Shown here: piece by piece, positions 25,501 through 39,216 of the stretch
Layout: every line of letters starts with the position of its first letter
Position numbering within the stretch: position 1 is the first letter of the stretch
Source of the DNA: Vicugna vicugna
Lineage: Eukaryota
Reading direction: 5' to 3'
Length of the DNA: 64,000 bases
Assembly: GCA_013265495.1 (NCBI GenBank)
Contig: MU058463.1
Location: forward strand, 2,131,523 to 2,195,522
The notes under the pieces: model-generated
Seen by the model: the letters and a program-made list of their open reading frames with translations, nothing else
Told to the model about the DNA's origin: nothing
Databases searched by the model: none
Translations under genes and position numbers: made by a program

Positions 25501-27269
25501 TGATTCAGGATTACTTTCAGGAAACATTCAAGGTTTCTTAAGTTTGATTAGTGAATCTAAGCAGAACATGTAACTTTCTAATCATAACAAATATCATGTT
25601 TAAAAAGAATACTACTTACTGGTTTTCAAGAGAATTGTACCTCAAATGAAACTGGTGTAACACTCTTTGTAGACGTGCATAATTGCTTTATTTGTATACA
25701 GTGTCAGTTTTTATAATATCAAAAATAAATACACTGTAAAATGATAGAGTTCCTAAAAGTAATCTTTAAATGTTTAATGCCTGTCTGAGGACATTTGTGA
25801 CCTTAGGTGACTTACAGTGTCATCATTTTATATAGCAACACTCCAAAGAAACCTGTCAAGTTTAGGCTAAATTTGTACAAGGGAAGATTCAACATGAAAC
25901 ATATCCCAGATCACTTTAGACATTTTTAGCATACATACAAAGCTGGTCAGAGACTGAATGCACACATCAGATCTACCACAAGTATGTAGGGTTGTAATTT
26001 GATTATAAAATCTGAAAGTCATATTTTAGTAGCATATGTCATTGGTCAACTATGCTTCAGACCGAGGGGGAAATATTCCTGAGCAAGTAGGTGAACTTTC
26101 AATTTGCAGTAGAGGGAAAGATAGAGCCAGGCCTGAAAGTGTCATAGCTTGAAGAGAGATTTATTTCTTTTGCTCATTAATTCATTTATTTAATAATCCC
26201 ATATTAAGCACATTCATGACAATGCAAACTAGAAACTTAGATCTGGAACTTTCTGCTGATAAGTTAACAGGTTATATAGTATAATGTTGTCTGTTTTAGA
26301 TTTACTGAACTGGAAAAAGAAAATTTATTAGTTCCGTCTGAAAGTTGACTTAAAAAATATATATATTCTCAACTAATTATTCATACTACAGAAATTATTA
26401 GAACTATTATTTAGTTGCAAGGCTGTGCTCTGCAATTTTCTAAATAAGGAAAATAAATTGCCCTCCAATTCCAAAATCAAAACTAATAAGTTCAAGTGCA
26501 AAGTCAACAAGCAAGGTCATCCCATCTGTGAAGATTTCTTATATAGTGACATAATACAGCATGCATCCCTCTGATTACTTATTTAGTAACTCCATCTTAC
26601 CACATCTGAAGTTTCAAGAATAGTCATTTTTTCCTATGCCATCAAGTTTACTGGTTACTAATTCATGAATAATATCAGAAGTTATAAATACTCTATTTAG
26701 GAAAAATAATGTCAAAAGGTATGCCAGGAAATTTTTAAAACAAAAGAATGGTTTGAAAATAATAGAACTCAATATCACATTAAAGAAATTTTTTATTCTA
26801 AATGCATTAGAGGAAGTATTTGGAGCTCGTGTGCTAATATTTCTAGTTCAGAACTTCCTTTCAATTCTTTCTTCTCAGTCAACAACTTTCTCATTTCAAA
26901 AAAACCTCTAGCCTCTCCTAGGCTGCATAAATTTTCTAAAAGCACTCAGCTCTCAAAATGCCCAGTGTCCCAAACCTTCCTTTTTGAAAAAAAGGGCAAA
27001 AGACAAAGAAGAACTCAGTTTAATTATTTTAATTTCTCTCTTTTCCTTTTGAAGAGTGAGAAGTATTTAAAAGTAAAGTGTTAGTGACATGTAGAAAAAT
27101 CCTCGTGCTCTATTGCACAGTATAGAAAACACTTAGAACATTTATAATACAACATTGCATAACCTTAAAATGTTCTAAGTCCCTCATCTTTCTTAAAAGT
27201 GAAAAAAAAAAACTTCAAAGAACTCAACAGAAAAAGACATCTTAACAATGATTAAGAAATGAAATTATA

Positions 27270-27506
27270 CGGGGGGTGGAAAGGGACAGACTGGGATTTC
27301 AAAATGTAGAATAGATAAACAAGATTATACTGTATAGCATAGGGAAATATATACAAGATCTTGTGGTAGCTCACAGCAAAAAAAAAATGTGACAATGAAT
27401 ATATGTATGTTCATGTATAACAGAAAAATTGTGCTTTACACTGGAATTTGACACAACATTGTTAAATGACTATAACTCAAAAAAAATGTTAAAAAAAAAG
27501 AAAAAA
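27270..27506 (+). mobile_element. 5'-truncated young camelid-type L1 3' end with 16-bp TSD
   Basis: TSD AAGAAATGAAATTATA at 27254-27269 and 27507-27522; A-rich tail; body is the reverse complement of the same family seen at 53963-54190 and 62341-62580. Confidence 0.92.
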
Positions 27507-28260
27507 AAGAAATGAAATTATAAAACAAAAACTAGTAACTGAAGAGAAAAAATATTCCAAAAAGACAAAAACATAACTGAGAGTAAAATTTACCTGTGAT
27601 CATCCTGAGAGGTAGGGCTAAAACAGGCAACACAATCACCCAAGTCGGTCCTTTGAACATAGACATGGAAGCACATCAATTTCTTGGTGAAAATAATTAA
27701 TATTATTCATGTCATCTAGGATTTTATATACATACATTTTGTGGCTCAGTAGCTAATGTTCCTGACCACAGTTTTCCAACAAATATAGAAGTTCTCTTTA
27801 AATGACTCCTATTATATAACCCCTGCTTTCCAGCAAACATATCCTGGAGATTAAAATAGGGTCATGAGAACAGTATTCTCTACCTCTATGCCAGTTGAGT
27901 AAATGCAGCCTATTTTAAATTCCTCAACAAATGACAAGTCCCCAAGAAGGGCCTTCTTGACTACGAAATGGCATACATCATTTTCTTTTCTGTAGTGAGA
28001 GCTCCAAGTCACTGCTGGGGGCAAAAATGGCAGCTCCATCACTTAGGCTCACAGAATGGCCATCCCCAGTGGTCGACAAGGACAATGATATTGCTCCTGA
28101 GACCCATCGACAACCAAGTCAAGGCCACTTCGCATCACAAGTGCTGACGTCTGTCCTGAGACTGCCCTCTTCCTCTTGAACACACGAAGCTCGGCTTCCC
28201 CCCGGGGCCTTACCCTTGCTGTTCCTCCGCCTGGGAAGCTTTCTCCTTGGGTCTTCTTAT

Positions 28261-28907
28261 TGAGACAGGAGGGAAGGGGGCAGGGCACAGTCATTCAAGG
28301 AATGACAGCAATTTAACACCAAAATGGTGGAAGATTCAACTCCCAGCTGGCCTTGAGGATTAAGTTGGCGGGAGGTTTGACTTCTAGCAGACCTTGAGCT
28401 TCATTATATGCTCATTGTAACAGCGTGATCAATAACATGCCCGCAGGCGCCATGACAGCCCCAAGGCTGACCGCAAAAGGCCGAAGACTGGGCAGTGGCC
28501 CAATCCCTGGGAATCCCAGCCCCTTCCCCAGAGCAGTTGGAATGGTCCCACCTGTAGGCCAGTGAAGCTACTGAGCCCATAAAAACTGGCAACACCACGC
28601 CTAGCACCCTTTTTCACTCCTTCCCCTTCGAAGACAGCCCTGCACTCTGTCTGTGGAGCGTGTACCCACTTTTACTTTAACCTGTACACCTAATTCCCAT
28701 ACCTCTTTCCTTGCCTTTCTCTTGCCTTACACTCTATGCAGTATGCATCTTTCTAAATAAATCTACCTTTACTCAACTGTGGCTCGCACTTGAATTCTTT
28801 CCGGCACGAAGCCAAGGACCCACACCTGGTGGGGCACACATCCCAGCGGCTCAACCCAGACCTGGGACACAGCTCTCCCCACACCCCACATCCGTTTTCC
28901 TGCATCA
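28261..28907 (+). mobile_element. Solo ERV1 LTR, MER41-like, inserted in an L2
   Basis: TGAGAC...CATCA termini; near-TSD TTAT/TCAT; cataaaaa box and AATAAA near 28757; homologous to 13375-13896; L2 sequence continues across both flanks (about 28150-29020). Confidence 0.85.
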
Positions 28908-30649
28908 TCATGGCTAACTCCCTCACGAGTTCATGTCTCTGCTCAGATAGCCTACATTTCCCTGAACACGCTAGCTGAAGTTATCACTGTCCCCTAGTGC
29001 CTCTTGATCCCATAACCCTGTTTATTTTTGACTTGGACCAAGTTACCAAACAATCACTCCTTCTTTCTGACTCTTCCTGGAGGACAAAAAACAGAACCAA
29101 TCGAATCAAAACAAGCAAGTAACAACAAAAGCACTTGGTCAATGGGCAGACAGTGAAATGAGTTCCCTGAAGTTGTGAGCATCAGATAAATCAAGAGCAG
29201 GGGGGCCCTCTTGCTGTCTGGTCATGAAATTCACGTTTACTTCTGATGGGCCCTCGCTGGACCTTGTGCAGCCGTACAGCAAGAAGCAAAAACATAGCAA
29301 GTACATTTCAGGATGTTTTTCCCAAATTAAATGTCTGCACAAATTAATAAGATTAACTTACCACTAACCTCAGACCGTCCATTTGTCCTTAAAGTACAAT
29401 TAAATATGTTTATTTTTTAAAAATGCTGATCCCCAGAATAGAGGTGTTGGCGTATGTGCTGCAAATAAGAATAATTTCAGTGAAGACAAGTACATCTCTG
29501 AGAAACAGGCACTCTTACGACTTAAAGCAGTGAGGAATCAAGGTTTAGTTAGCTGTGAAAGGAAGTTCTTTACTTCCCAGCAAGTCAGAGCATGCAAAGA
29601 TGGCAGAACTATTTCATAAGATTTGCACAGTGGCTCCTTACAAACCAAAAGGACTATTTAGCCATAATCTACATACTTCCCCAAACAATGCCACTGATAT
29701 TACAGCACATGCCCAACACTGATAAGATTATTTCTATTACTCACTGAGTTGACTTCAGAAAGGTTTAGGTTTCATTTGCAGAATTTAAGACAAGATTTAA
29801 ACAAGTAAATAAGTATTAGTTGAGGTTGTCCTTTTCGAATTTTGGCAATGGAGTGGGGCTGGTTATGAAATGTTAATCTGCTGATTGCTGTGGTGTCACC
29901 TGCACGGGATGACCTGGCATTGCTATTGGAGTCCCAAGGTCACAAGATATATTAAACCTTGGGAAATGCAGCCACAGGATAACAAGCAGAGCTTGCAAAA
30001 CACTGCTGTGAAATTGCAAGGACCACTTTAGTCGGTGTTTACAGCTGGTGTTACCCAGCCAAGTCTCTTAGGACAGAAAGCAGATTTGGCATTGCTAGGA
30101 TTCATCTACTCGCTCAGACTTTCAGGTCCAAGTATTCACGAAAACTCAGGAGAGCAAAAAATTTTTTTTTCATTATGTCTGTTATAAAGTTGCTGAGTGA
30201 CCTCAGGGGATTATTTTGACCAAATCTAAAGACCATAAACAAAAAAAGGTGTATTAAAGGGATTCAAATTACACTTTTTCCTATTTCCTAAAGACAAATT
30301 TGTTCTGAGAAAGAAAATCAAGCATCTTTAGTTTAAAAATAAAAACTGGACCAAAAAAAAAAAAAAAAAGAAAGAAAGAAAGATATACCATATGCCTTGG
30401 ATAAACAGGCAAATATCAACTAGGATCTTCTTAAGTTAGTATATAATTTTAACTTAATTCTAATAATCATACATGTGGAATTTTTTTAATTTGATAAACT
30501 AAATAAAAAAATAAATAAAATAGTAAAAAAAAGTATAAAATTTGATGACATAATAGAACATTTCTACACAGTCAAAATATATACATATACAGCTTAAATC
30601 AAGTCAAAATGCTAAAAACAAACTGGAAATACTATTTGCAATTCACGTA

Positions 30650-31275
30650 TACAAAGGCGAAAGGACGGTCTCTTCAACACATGGTGTGGGGAAACTGGAC
30701 AGCCGCATGCCAAAGAATGAATCTGGACCACTATCTTACACCATACACAAGAGTTAACTGAAAATGGATTAAAAGCTTGAACTTAAGACCTGTAACCATA
30801 AAACTTCCAGGAGAAAACATAAGCAGTAAGTTTGTTGACATAGGTTTTGGTGATGATTTTCTGAATCTGACAACAAAAGCAAGAAACAAAACAAAACCAA
30901 AAAGACAACCGGGAGTACATCAAACTGAAGAGCTTCCGCACAGCAAAGGAAAACAGCAACAAAACGAAAAGGGAACCTAATGAATACAAGAAAATGTCTG
31001 CAATCAGAGAGGTCACTAACCAAAATATATAAAGAACTCATGCAACGTAATAGAAAAAAATGTTTTTAAAGAACAGAAGATCTGAAGAGACGTTTTTCCA
31101 AAGAAGACATACAGACGGCCAAGAGCACGTGAGAACACGTTCAACATCATTAATCCTCAGGGACATGCAAGTCAGAAATATCACCTCACACATGTTAGAA
31201 TAAATATTATCAAAAAGATGGTAAATGACAAGTGCTGGCGAGGATGTGGAGAGAAGGGAACCGTTGGTATACACA
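30650..31275 (+). mobile_element. L1 ORF2 C-terminal fragment, decayed
   Basis: tctcttcaacacatggtg...ctatcttacaccatacacaa...aaatggattaaa; ORF 30777 LNLRPVTIKLPGENISSKFVDIGFGDDFL is L1 ORF2-like. Confidence 0.9.
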
Positions 31276-31279
31276 GAAT

Positions 31280-31740
31280 GGCTTAGAGGCTGATAACTAT
31301 AAAATCAGGCAGATGAGTTCAAATCCTGTCTCTGCCCCTCCTTAGGAGCTACATGACTTTAGCAGGTAGTGTCCTTATCTGAACTTCAGCTAATTCATCA
31401 TCAAATAGGATAATAATGACACCTCAGGGTTGTGAAAATTCAATTACACTTGGCCCTTGAACAACAGGGATTTGAACTGCAGGGGTCCATTTGTATGTGT
31501 ACTTTTTTCAATAAATATGCTGGTACTACATGATGCTGGGTTGACTGAATCAATGGATGTAGAATCCTGGATAGGAGGGCTGACCACGGGACTTGAGTAT
31601 CAGTGAATTCTGATATCTATGGTGGGTTCTGCAACCAGTCCTCCATGGTATCAAGCAGAGGACTGTAGTTTAAATGAAATAAGTTAGAAAAAGCCCTCAG
31701 CCCTGTGCTGGGCTTTAATGAGTGTTCTAGTGGGTGTTGC
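31280..31740 (+). mobile_element. MIR split by a Tigger MITE
   Basis: gagttcaaatcctgtctctgcc...cagggttgtgaaaatt resumes as ttaaatgaaataagttagaaaaagccctcagc after the insertion. Confidence 0.65.
31447..31665. mobile_element. MER8/Tigger2-like MITE (TcMar-Tigger)
   Basis: TA TSDs at 31445-31446 and 31666-31667; left end cacttggcccttgaacaacagggatttgaactgcaggggtcca; MER2-like right end. Confidence 0.8.
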
Positions 31741-31907
31741 TTGTTGTAAGGTCTTCATTCAATGAAAGTAGATTTAAATGAACTTCTGGTTCAGTATTTT
31801 GGGAATTTCTCAGCACTTCTTAAAATATTCTGGAATGCCAGATCAGGGGTCACAAAACGAAGATGGGGATAACTCCTTTTAAATTAGCAAAAGAAGAGTA
31901 TTCCAGG

Positions 31908-32091
31908 CAATGTTCCTCACACTTCAGCTCTGCCTTAAACATTGGAATTACTTGGTGAGTTTTTTAAACTCCTGATGCCTGCGTTCTACCTTCAGAGACT
32001 CCGATTTAATTGGTTTGGTCTGCAGTCTGGGCGGCAGAAGTTTTAAAGAATTTTTAAAGTTCTAATGTGCAGCCAAGGTTGAGAACCACTG
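31908..32091. mobile_element. MER5A/B hAT-Charlie element
   Basis: cagagactccgatttaattggtttgg...ttctaatgtgcagccaaggttgagaaccactg. Confidence 0.8.
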
Positions 32092-32619
32092 GCATACACT
32101 CTTCATAAATCATCTGCTCTTAATTAAGTTGTAGCTATTCTCATCATGTTGCTAGAGGTTTTGAAGGCTTACGTGTTTCCCTCAAAGATTAGAAGTTTCA
32201 TCAGAACAAGAATTATCTTTCTTTCTTTCTAATTCTTTTTTTTTCCCCAACCTCTGCCTTCTATCTTTCATCTCATTAAGTGCCCAGTTGAATCTCAATC
32301 TTCTGTTGATGGATTGGCTATTAAAGATTGCAAACTCCGACAGCAGCTGGAAGCCTCTCTCCTTTAGCTTTTCCTCCTCGAGTGGTAACCTGCTTAGTGA
32401 GAATCACATCAGGTGGGACACACTTGCCACACCGGGATGGCTCCTTCTACAGGCAAACATTTCAGAAACAGGTTCTGCTCCCCGCCAAAGCAGTTGTGTT
32501 CCCTGATGTTTTTCTTTTCCTGCCATTTGTTTTCAACTTCTACTAGGTCAAAGAATGATGTATATGAAACCGTGTCCAGAAGTAACCAACTACTTTGTAG
32601 TTGCTTTCAGGCATTTGGG

Positions 32620-32835
32620 GAAGGAGTGTGATCTAGCAGAAGAGCCCTGGACTTGAAGTTCAGGACGTGGGTTCAAGTCCTGGTCTACCACCTTCGCTAG
32701 AGAGTCACTTTGCCTCATTGCTAGGCCTCAATTTCCTAATCCATGAGGCGGGTAATAATAATATAGGGTTGTTAGTGAATGAGATTATGTGTGTGAAAAG
32801 CACTTTATAAAATATAAAGCATGTTTCAAATATAA
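32620..32835 (+). mobile_element. MIR SINE
   Basis: gagccctggacttgaagttcaggacgtgggttcaagtcctgg...ggcctcaatttcct...gtgaaaagcacttt. Confidence 0.8.
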
Positions 32836-33289
32836 TTATGATTGTGAAAGGAATAAGTGAAAAATTCAGGCCCGTGATTAAATCAATTCTATGTAACATT
32901 CACTTAGCATCCCTCATTTAGAATGGAAAATCTTCACTTAAATCTTCCTTTGTTTGCCTAATCTGTCAGATCCACATCCCTGTCTAAAATTTAACTTGCT
33001 TACCTTTATTCCCAACACTGTGAAATTTGCCCTCTAAACACAAAGCAGGTATATTGTTGTTGAGATATTCCTTTGCTCAGTGAACTCATACAAGAGAGAC
33101 ATGATGTAAACAGCAAAGGGGAGGAAGCTAATAAGCACTAGCTCAGTCATTCCTCCTGCAGGTGTGTGTGGACAACCTGCAGGTGTGTATGGAGAACCTG
33201 CCAGGGTCTTGAGAGCCTGCCAGGTGCCAAGGGCTGTGTGAGGAGCTGTGGCTGAAGTACTGACCAGGACCAGCAGGGAAACATGTGCT

Positions 33290-34250
33290 AAATGTTACAA
33301 CTGGGAAAGATAGTGATCATTAGCAGGAGAACCTCACAAAGTCAAAAATTATAGAAGGGAAGCTTGAATTTGCCCGCCCAAATGGGGCTGGGTGGGATTG
33401 CTGCCCAGGCATGGAGAGCAGGAAGGTCTGGGTGAGAGACAGTATGGTTCGTTAGAATCACTGGGAGAAGTTCAGTGTACCTGGAGCGTGTGAGAGCAAA
33501 AGTGGTGAGAGAAGAGGCTGGAAAGGTGAACAGGATCCCTAAGCCTTGGAACCCCTGTCAGGGGATTCAGATTGCATCCTAGGGGCATTGGGAAATCATT
33601 AAAAGATTTGAACCGGCAGTGACAGCATCAGATTTCTAGGGGTTTTGTTTGTGTGTTTTGCTCATTTGGTTGCAGGGGAGACAGAATAAGGCAAGCAGAC
33701 TGGATGTAATACTCCAGGGGGAAAATGCCTGTGGTCTAGTCTTGTGACAAATGGGATCAAAGGGAGGAAGAAGCAATCTTCATGAAACTCAAATCTGGTC
33801 ATGCCATTCCCACACTTGAAACTCTTCAAACTTTTCTCATTGTTCTTAGGATAAAATTTCAAAAATTCTTGGCGTGGCTTAAAGAGCCCTTCATGTTCTG
33901 GCCCCCAGCTTCCCCTTACACACTGGCCCTCTCTGTTTCTGGTACGTACAAAGCTCTTTGGACCTTGAGGTCAATCACACATAACCTGTCTAGAAACTTC
34001 ATACAGATCACAACTGGTTCACTGAGAAATAAATGAATAAAGTCCATGATTTAAGACATATATATCAATAAGACTTAAGGCTTGGAGGGGAAAAGGACAT
34101 CAAGAAAGAAACGAAGATTTCTGGCTTGAGGAACTGGTTAGTTTAGGAAACCTTTGCAGAGGAGGCAGAGACAGTGGTTCAATTTGGCTTATACTGAGCT
34201 TGAGGTGGTTGCAAGTTATCCAAGAGAAGATGCTAAATAGGCAGTTGAAT
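33290..34250 (-). mobile_element. L2 fragments (minus) with an opposite-strand L2 piece at about 33770-34010
   Basis: gagaagttcagtgtacctggagcgtg; gatttctggcttgaggaactgg; tgagcttgaggtgg...gctaaataggcagttgaat; plus-strand aaatctggtcatgccattccc. Confidence 0.65.
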
Positions 34251-34925
34251 CTAAATACTTAACGTGTGCCAGATTCTGTGCCAGGCACTTCTACACATAT
34301 TATCTCATGTAATTAACTAGAGCCAAATGTAGATCAAAAACAATTAACTATATGATCTAATTTTAAAGTAGGCTCTTCCCTAATTATGTAAATCTGGACT
34401 ATTTATCTGGGGAAATGAGCAATTTATCCCTAAAGGAGTTAAAAACTGCCTAATGATTTCAATCACTTCATTTTCAAAGTATCCCTATGGTACAGTCATG
34501 GGAAAACTTAAAAAGCAAAAACAAGTATAGGTGGGTTGGGGAATAATTTTTTCCCAGTGGAGCAGTTTTAGTGTGTCCTAGTCTTTTACATAAGTAATCG
34601 TGCAGCCTGGCTCATTTTAAATAAGCCCAGTGGAGGTAAAGAGGAAAATGCCCTACCACCTTCAGCTCAACCAACACTCCTCATTTCATATTACCCTAGA
34701 CACCAATTCCTGTAAGGGTTCTCCCCACCTGCTTTAGGCAAGGCATTAAAAGCCCGATCTGTAAGATACTTCTTCTACCTACTTTATATATCTTATGCCT
34801 GTGTGTTGCACCTCCAGCATTAGAGCATTAGCATTCCAGAATACATTCCACTGCATCCTTTAAACCTTTGGACTCTAAGTTCTGCAGCAATAGATCTAAG
34901 CCCTTTGCTCTATAATATTTTGAAA

Positions 34926-35110
34926 CAGTGTTTTTCAAAGTATGATCTCAGCTCAGCACACTAGAATCAAGGTCTGCTTTTTTAAAACACAGGCTTGGGT
35001 CGTTACCCCCCATATCTACTAAATCAGCATCTCTCAAGATGGGACCCAGGAATCTGCATTTTTAAAAAGCTGTCAAGGTGCCATTTATTCACACTGAAGT
35101 TTGAGAATTT
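34926..35110. mobile_element. MER5A
   Basis: cagtgtttttcaaagtatg...ctactaaatcagcatctc...ggacccaggaatctgcattttt...cacactgaagtttgagaa. Confidence 0.8.
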
Positions 35111-37364
35111 GGATAATTTTTTTTAAGTAAGGTAGACAATTCTTATGACACATCTTGCCATCAGAAATAATTTTAAAACGTCTTCTCACAGGGAATTAAT
35201 ATACCAGAACAATAAATACACTAAATAAATAAAAATTTGAATCCACAAGTGAAAGTGAGAGGTTGTTTGAATGCCCTGAATAGGGCTCCTTGAAAGAAAA
35301 TTTTTAAAGGTTTTACCCACCTACTGTTGCCACTAGGGTAACTGCTGGAGAACTAAGTTATAAATATTTTACAGAACTGCTAAATACCAGGTTAAGTATT
35401 CACTGATTACAAAAAAGTAAGCTAATTGAAGGGGAGGCTTTGTAATTAAGATATCTTATTGAGATCATATTACAGAGTAATTCCTATGTTATGAGATTTT
35501 TGTTTTTAGATTTTTTTTTTTTATGTTTTATTCATGTTTGGGTTTTGGTAAGTGCCTTGCAAAGAAGTTTCCAAAAAGAAATGACAGAACTTATTCATTG
35601 AATTAAACTCACATTTATTGCCCACAAACCTTTATTCAATGTCTGCATCATTCTCATAGAAAGATTGTGTGTATGTGTGTGAGTGTGTATATATATATAT
35701 ATATAATATATATATAAAAATACTCACCTAAATAGGGATATTTCAGTGTGATTAAAACTCTTTTGTTTTCCAGGACATATAAACGCTGATATTTGAGAGG
35801 TGGTGGACAGAGGTATGTGAGACTAGAACTCTGCTTAATCTGTAGTTCTTAAATTTGAAAGAGAAGCAAAGATAATTTCTGTGAACCCTTTTTATTCACA
35901 AAGCTGAAGTCTTGTTTTTATTATTCAGATACTAAAAGGTTCATTTTTAAGTACTTTCATTTTGCAAAATAAATAGAAAATTCCATTATCCATCAATTAG
36001 ACATAGGTAAAAAGTAACAGACATTGAACAGAGGAGAGATACATATTATGCATGCAAGGAAAATTAAAACTTGAGATGTTTGGGGTGGGGGGCATGTGCT
36101 TTGATGTACAAAAGAACCATTGTTTGTGTGGGACAAAACCTCCCCAGTATTGAACAGAGACAAAAAGGAGGGAGTTCCTAGCAGATCAAGGTCAACTGAG
36201 ATCTATGAATAACATAAATGCTATTAATCTAGTACCGAATGAATCACGGGAGAGCAGCAGGGTATGGTTTATGTGGCAGAGTTCGTGGCAGGAGTGTTTT
36301 ATGTCACTTTGTATTAGATAATGAGCATATTCATCAAGAGTCCTAAATACTATCCAAACTGGCATGGAAGTAGCCTTAAGGAGCTTGAGAGAGCAAATCA
36401 AAGGACTAGATCTGAAGCCCAGAAAGGTAATAGGGATGTTCAAACCGGGCAGCAAGTTGCGATGTTTGCAGGCATCCGTACAATCTCACCCCGCAGGAAA
36501 TAGCGTGAGAAAGGATTTCTTAGTTGGATGGCTAGCAGCTTATTATGTACAATGTCGCCTCCCTCATCATGCCCTAGTCTAATAGGAGCGATGCAGACAG
36601 TGATACCTTAAAAACTGGATACTGGAACATGTGGAAGTCTTTTCCTCTGGTGGCTAATTTAAAACACAAAATGAGCTGCTTCTCCTTTCTTCAGGGACAC
36701 ATTACAAAATCACTAAGTATCATTCTTTTTTTTCAGACTGAAATCTACCTTAAACGTTTGGGGTCCCTTCCATTTAAGTCTTATTGAAATATATATTTAT
36801 TTTAAAATATACATGTTTATTAATTTATTCATTTATTTATTTACATACCAGACCCATATCTTTTAGAAGCACAATTAAAGGAATTGAAAAAAAGAAAAAG
36901 GAGATGAAAAGCAAAGAGAACTGGGTGGAAAACAGAGGACTTGTAACTGGAACTAGTAAACTAATCCAACAGGAAATAGGAAGGGAACAAAAGAAAGAGA
37001 AATAAGAATAAAAGAGAAAGTAAAAGTAAGGAAATAACATAAAGTAGACTAACAAGTAATACAATTTTCGCTAATGGACTGTATCTTCATTAACCCAATG
37101 AGGCATAGAACCCTATATAAATACATTGAAAACTCATAAAAATCAAGCTCCCTAGAAGACTGGCCCATGACATCTTAATCTGAACATAGCTGGCCACAAG
37201 TACAGAGCTCCTAACACTCAGACCCTGTTTCAATTTTATTCATTCTTTTATTCAATGAATATTAAATGCCTTGAATTAGGCATTGAAGATACTGCAGTGA
37301 GCAAGACATTATATAATTCCTGCCTCATAAAGCTTATTGTTTTGAGATTGATTTTGATGGTCAT

Positions 37365-37749
37365 AGAAGATTGAATAGTGATCTCCAAAAATTCCCATCA
37401 CCCAGAACCTCAGAATGTGATCATTTGGAAATAAGGCCTTGGATAGGATTTTGCGATTAGGTCAACCCGGATTTAGAGAGCTCGAAATCCAGTGACTGGT
37501 GTCCTTACAGACAGGCCACGGGAAGATGGAGGCAGAGACGGGGGTGATGAATCTACATGGCAGGAGTTGCCCCAGAAGCTAATGGGCAGCATGGATGGTC
37601 CTCCCTCCGAGCTTCCAGAAGGAACCAACCCTACAGACACCCTGATTTCAGACTTCCTGGCCTCCAGAATCATGAGAGAACACATTTCTGTTGCTCTAAG
37701 CCACCCAGTTTGCGGGCACTTGTTATGGTAGTTCTAAGAAACTCATACC
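37365..37749 (+). mobile_element. MLT1B/C MaLR solo LTR
   Basis: cagaacctcagaatgtga...tttggaaataagg...gactggtgtcctta...gaaggaaccaaccct...gatttcagacttcctggcctccagaa...aagccacccagtttg. Confidence 0.88.
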
Positions 37750-38909
37750 GTGGTGAGCAGAGCTAATGCAAACAGCAAGCCCCAGACTGTGGTAGCACTG
37801 AGCATGTAAGCGGCTTATGTAAGGAAACAGAAATGCAGATGTGGGGCTGTCTTTAACAAAATCCCCGATGAAGGGACTAAAGAATGAAGGTGGGCTCACT
37901 AAGAGAAGGGACTTTGAGATCACCTAGCATCATCCTGTTCATCTTACAGCTGAAGAAACTGAAGGGAGTCTGTCCCTGGGCTGCCTTTCTCCTTTGCCTC
38001 AAGGGAGATGCAGATGGTCTGTTGTGTCTCAAGCAGGAAATCTCCGTCTAGCCGATACCCCGAATGAGTCAGCTGGGTTCCCAGGGAGTGAGGAGTTCTC
38101 GCCAGTAAGATGGTAAGTGTAAAATGCATTTATTCTAGAGTACCTACGCTGTAAGTCACATCGGGAGAAGCAGGAAATACGAACTGCTGTCCTTCAGAAA
38201 CACACCCACAATCCCAGGGATGAGACCTGTCACATTTAAGCTACAAGTAAAGTCAAACACATATGTTTTTGGTTCCTTGAGTTAAAACTAAAGGTTCAAA
38301 ACAAGGCAGACGAAAGAGAAACTAGAATATTTCCATCCATAGCATTTAAAACAAGAGCAGGACATTGTTATCTGGCTACAGCAGATCAATCCTCCCTCTT
38401 AGGAAAACCAGGACAGCACACACATGCCCGCACACACACACACCCTATTTAAATGGTGTTGCAGAACCATGAAGGTAGCCAAGAACTTGAGGGGGCCAAG
38501 ATCCTGAGAAGAAGGAAAGTTAATCGAGGAGCTGGACAGGAACTGGCTGCTGAGAGATGCAGAGGAACTCAGCAAAACTGCGAGCAGTCTCACGGAACAG
38601 GAGGGTCAGCAACAGGAGGGCAAGACCATCAGGAGACCCAAGATGCGAGAAGCCAAGGTCTGTGGTGCAGGCCAAGAGATAGGGAGGCTGATCCAAAAAG
38701 TGCTTTGCTTAGCGACTGAAACACTAAGCTGAGCTACTGGCAGTCTCACTGCACTGGGGAGATTAAAAAAAAAAAAAAAAGAGTGTAGGACCTGCCAAAT
38801 GGAATTGCCCAGGCAAAGAAACACATCAGAGTTTCATGTGAGACTGTCTACACCTGCAAAGTTAAGGCAAACCCCAAGTAGGGAAGCCTTACAGTTTGGA
38901 ACTTATTAA

Positions 38910-39097
38910 AATGGAAAGAGACTCAGAGACATAAAAAACCAAATTAGGGTTACCAGGGGGGAAAAGGGAGAGAGAGGGATAAGCTGGGAGTCTGGGATTG
39001 GCAGATGCAAACTACTATGTACAGAGTAAACAACCAGGTCTTACTGTAGAGCACAGGGAACTACAGCCAATATCTTCTAATAGCCTATAATGAGACA

Positions 39098-39143
<46 letters not shown>

Positions 39144-39216
39144 AACTGAATCACTGTACTGTACACCAGAAACTAAAACAACATGTAAATCAATTATACT
39201 TCAATTAAAAAAAAAA
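38910..39216 (+). mobile_element. Cetartiodactyl-type L1 3' end containing (TA)n at about 39101-39135
   Basis: gactcagagacataaaaaaccaaattagggttaccagggg...actgtagagcacagggaactac...ataactgaatcactg...cttcaattaaaaaaaa. Confidence 0.9.

Noticed and set aside
13375..28907. The two MER41-like LTRs as ends of one provirus
   Set aside because: They are in opposite orientation, each has its own TSD, and no matching internal sequence lies between them.
33156..33202. 21-bp direct repeat (cctgcaggtgtgt...aa) as a CRISPR-like or regulatory array
   Set aside because: Only about 2.3 adjacent copies without spacers; simple slippage in mammalian DNA.
35774..35811. Plus-strand micro-exon (ttttccAG...gag|GTATGT)
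   Set aside because: Stops in all three frames and no partner exons; it overlaps a better minus-strand candidate.
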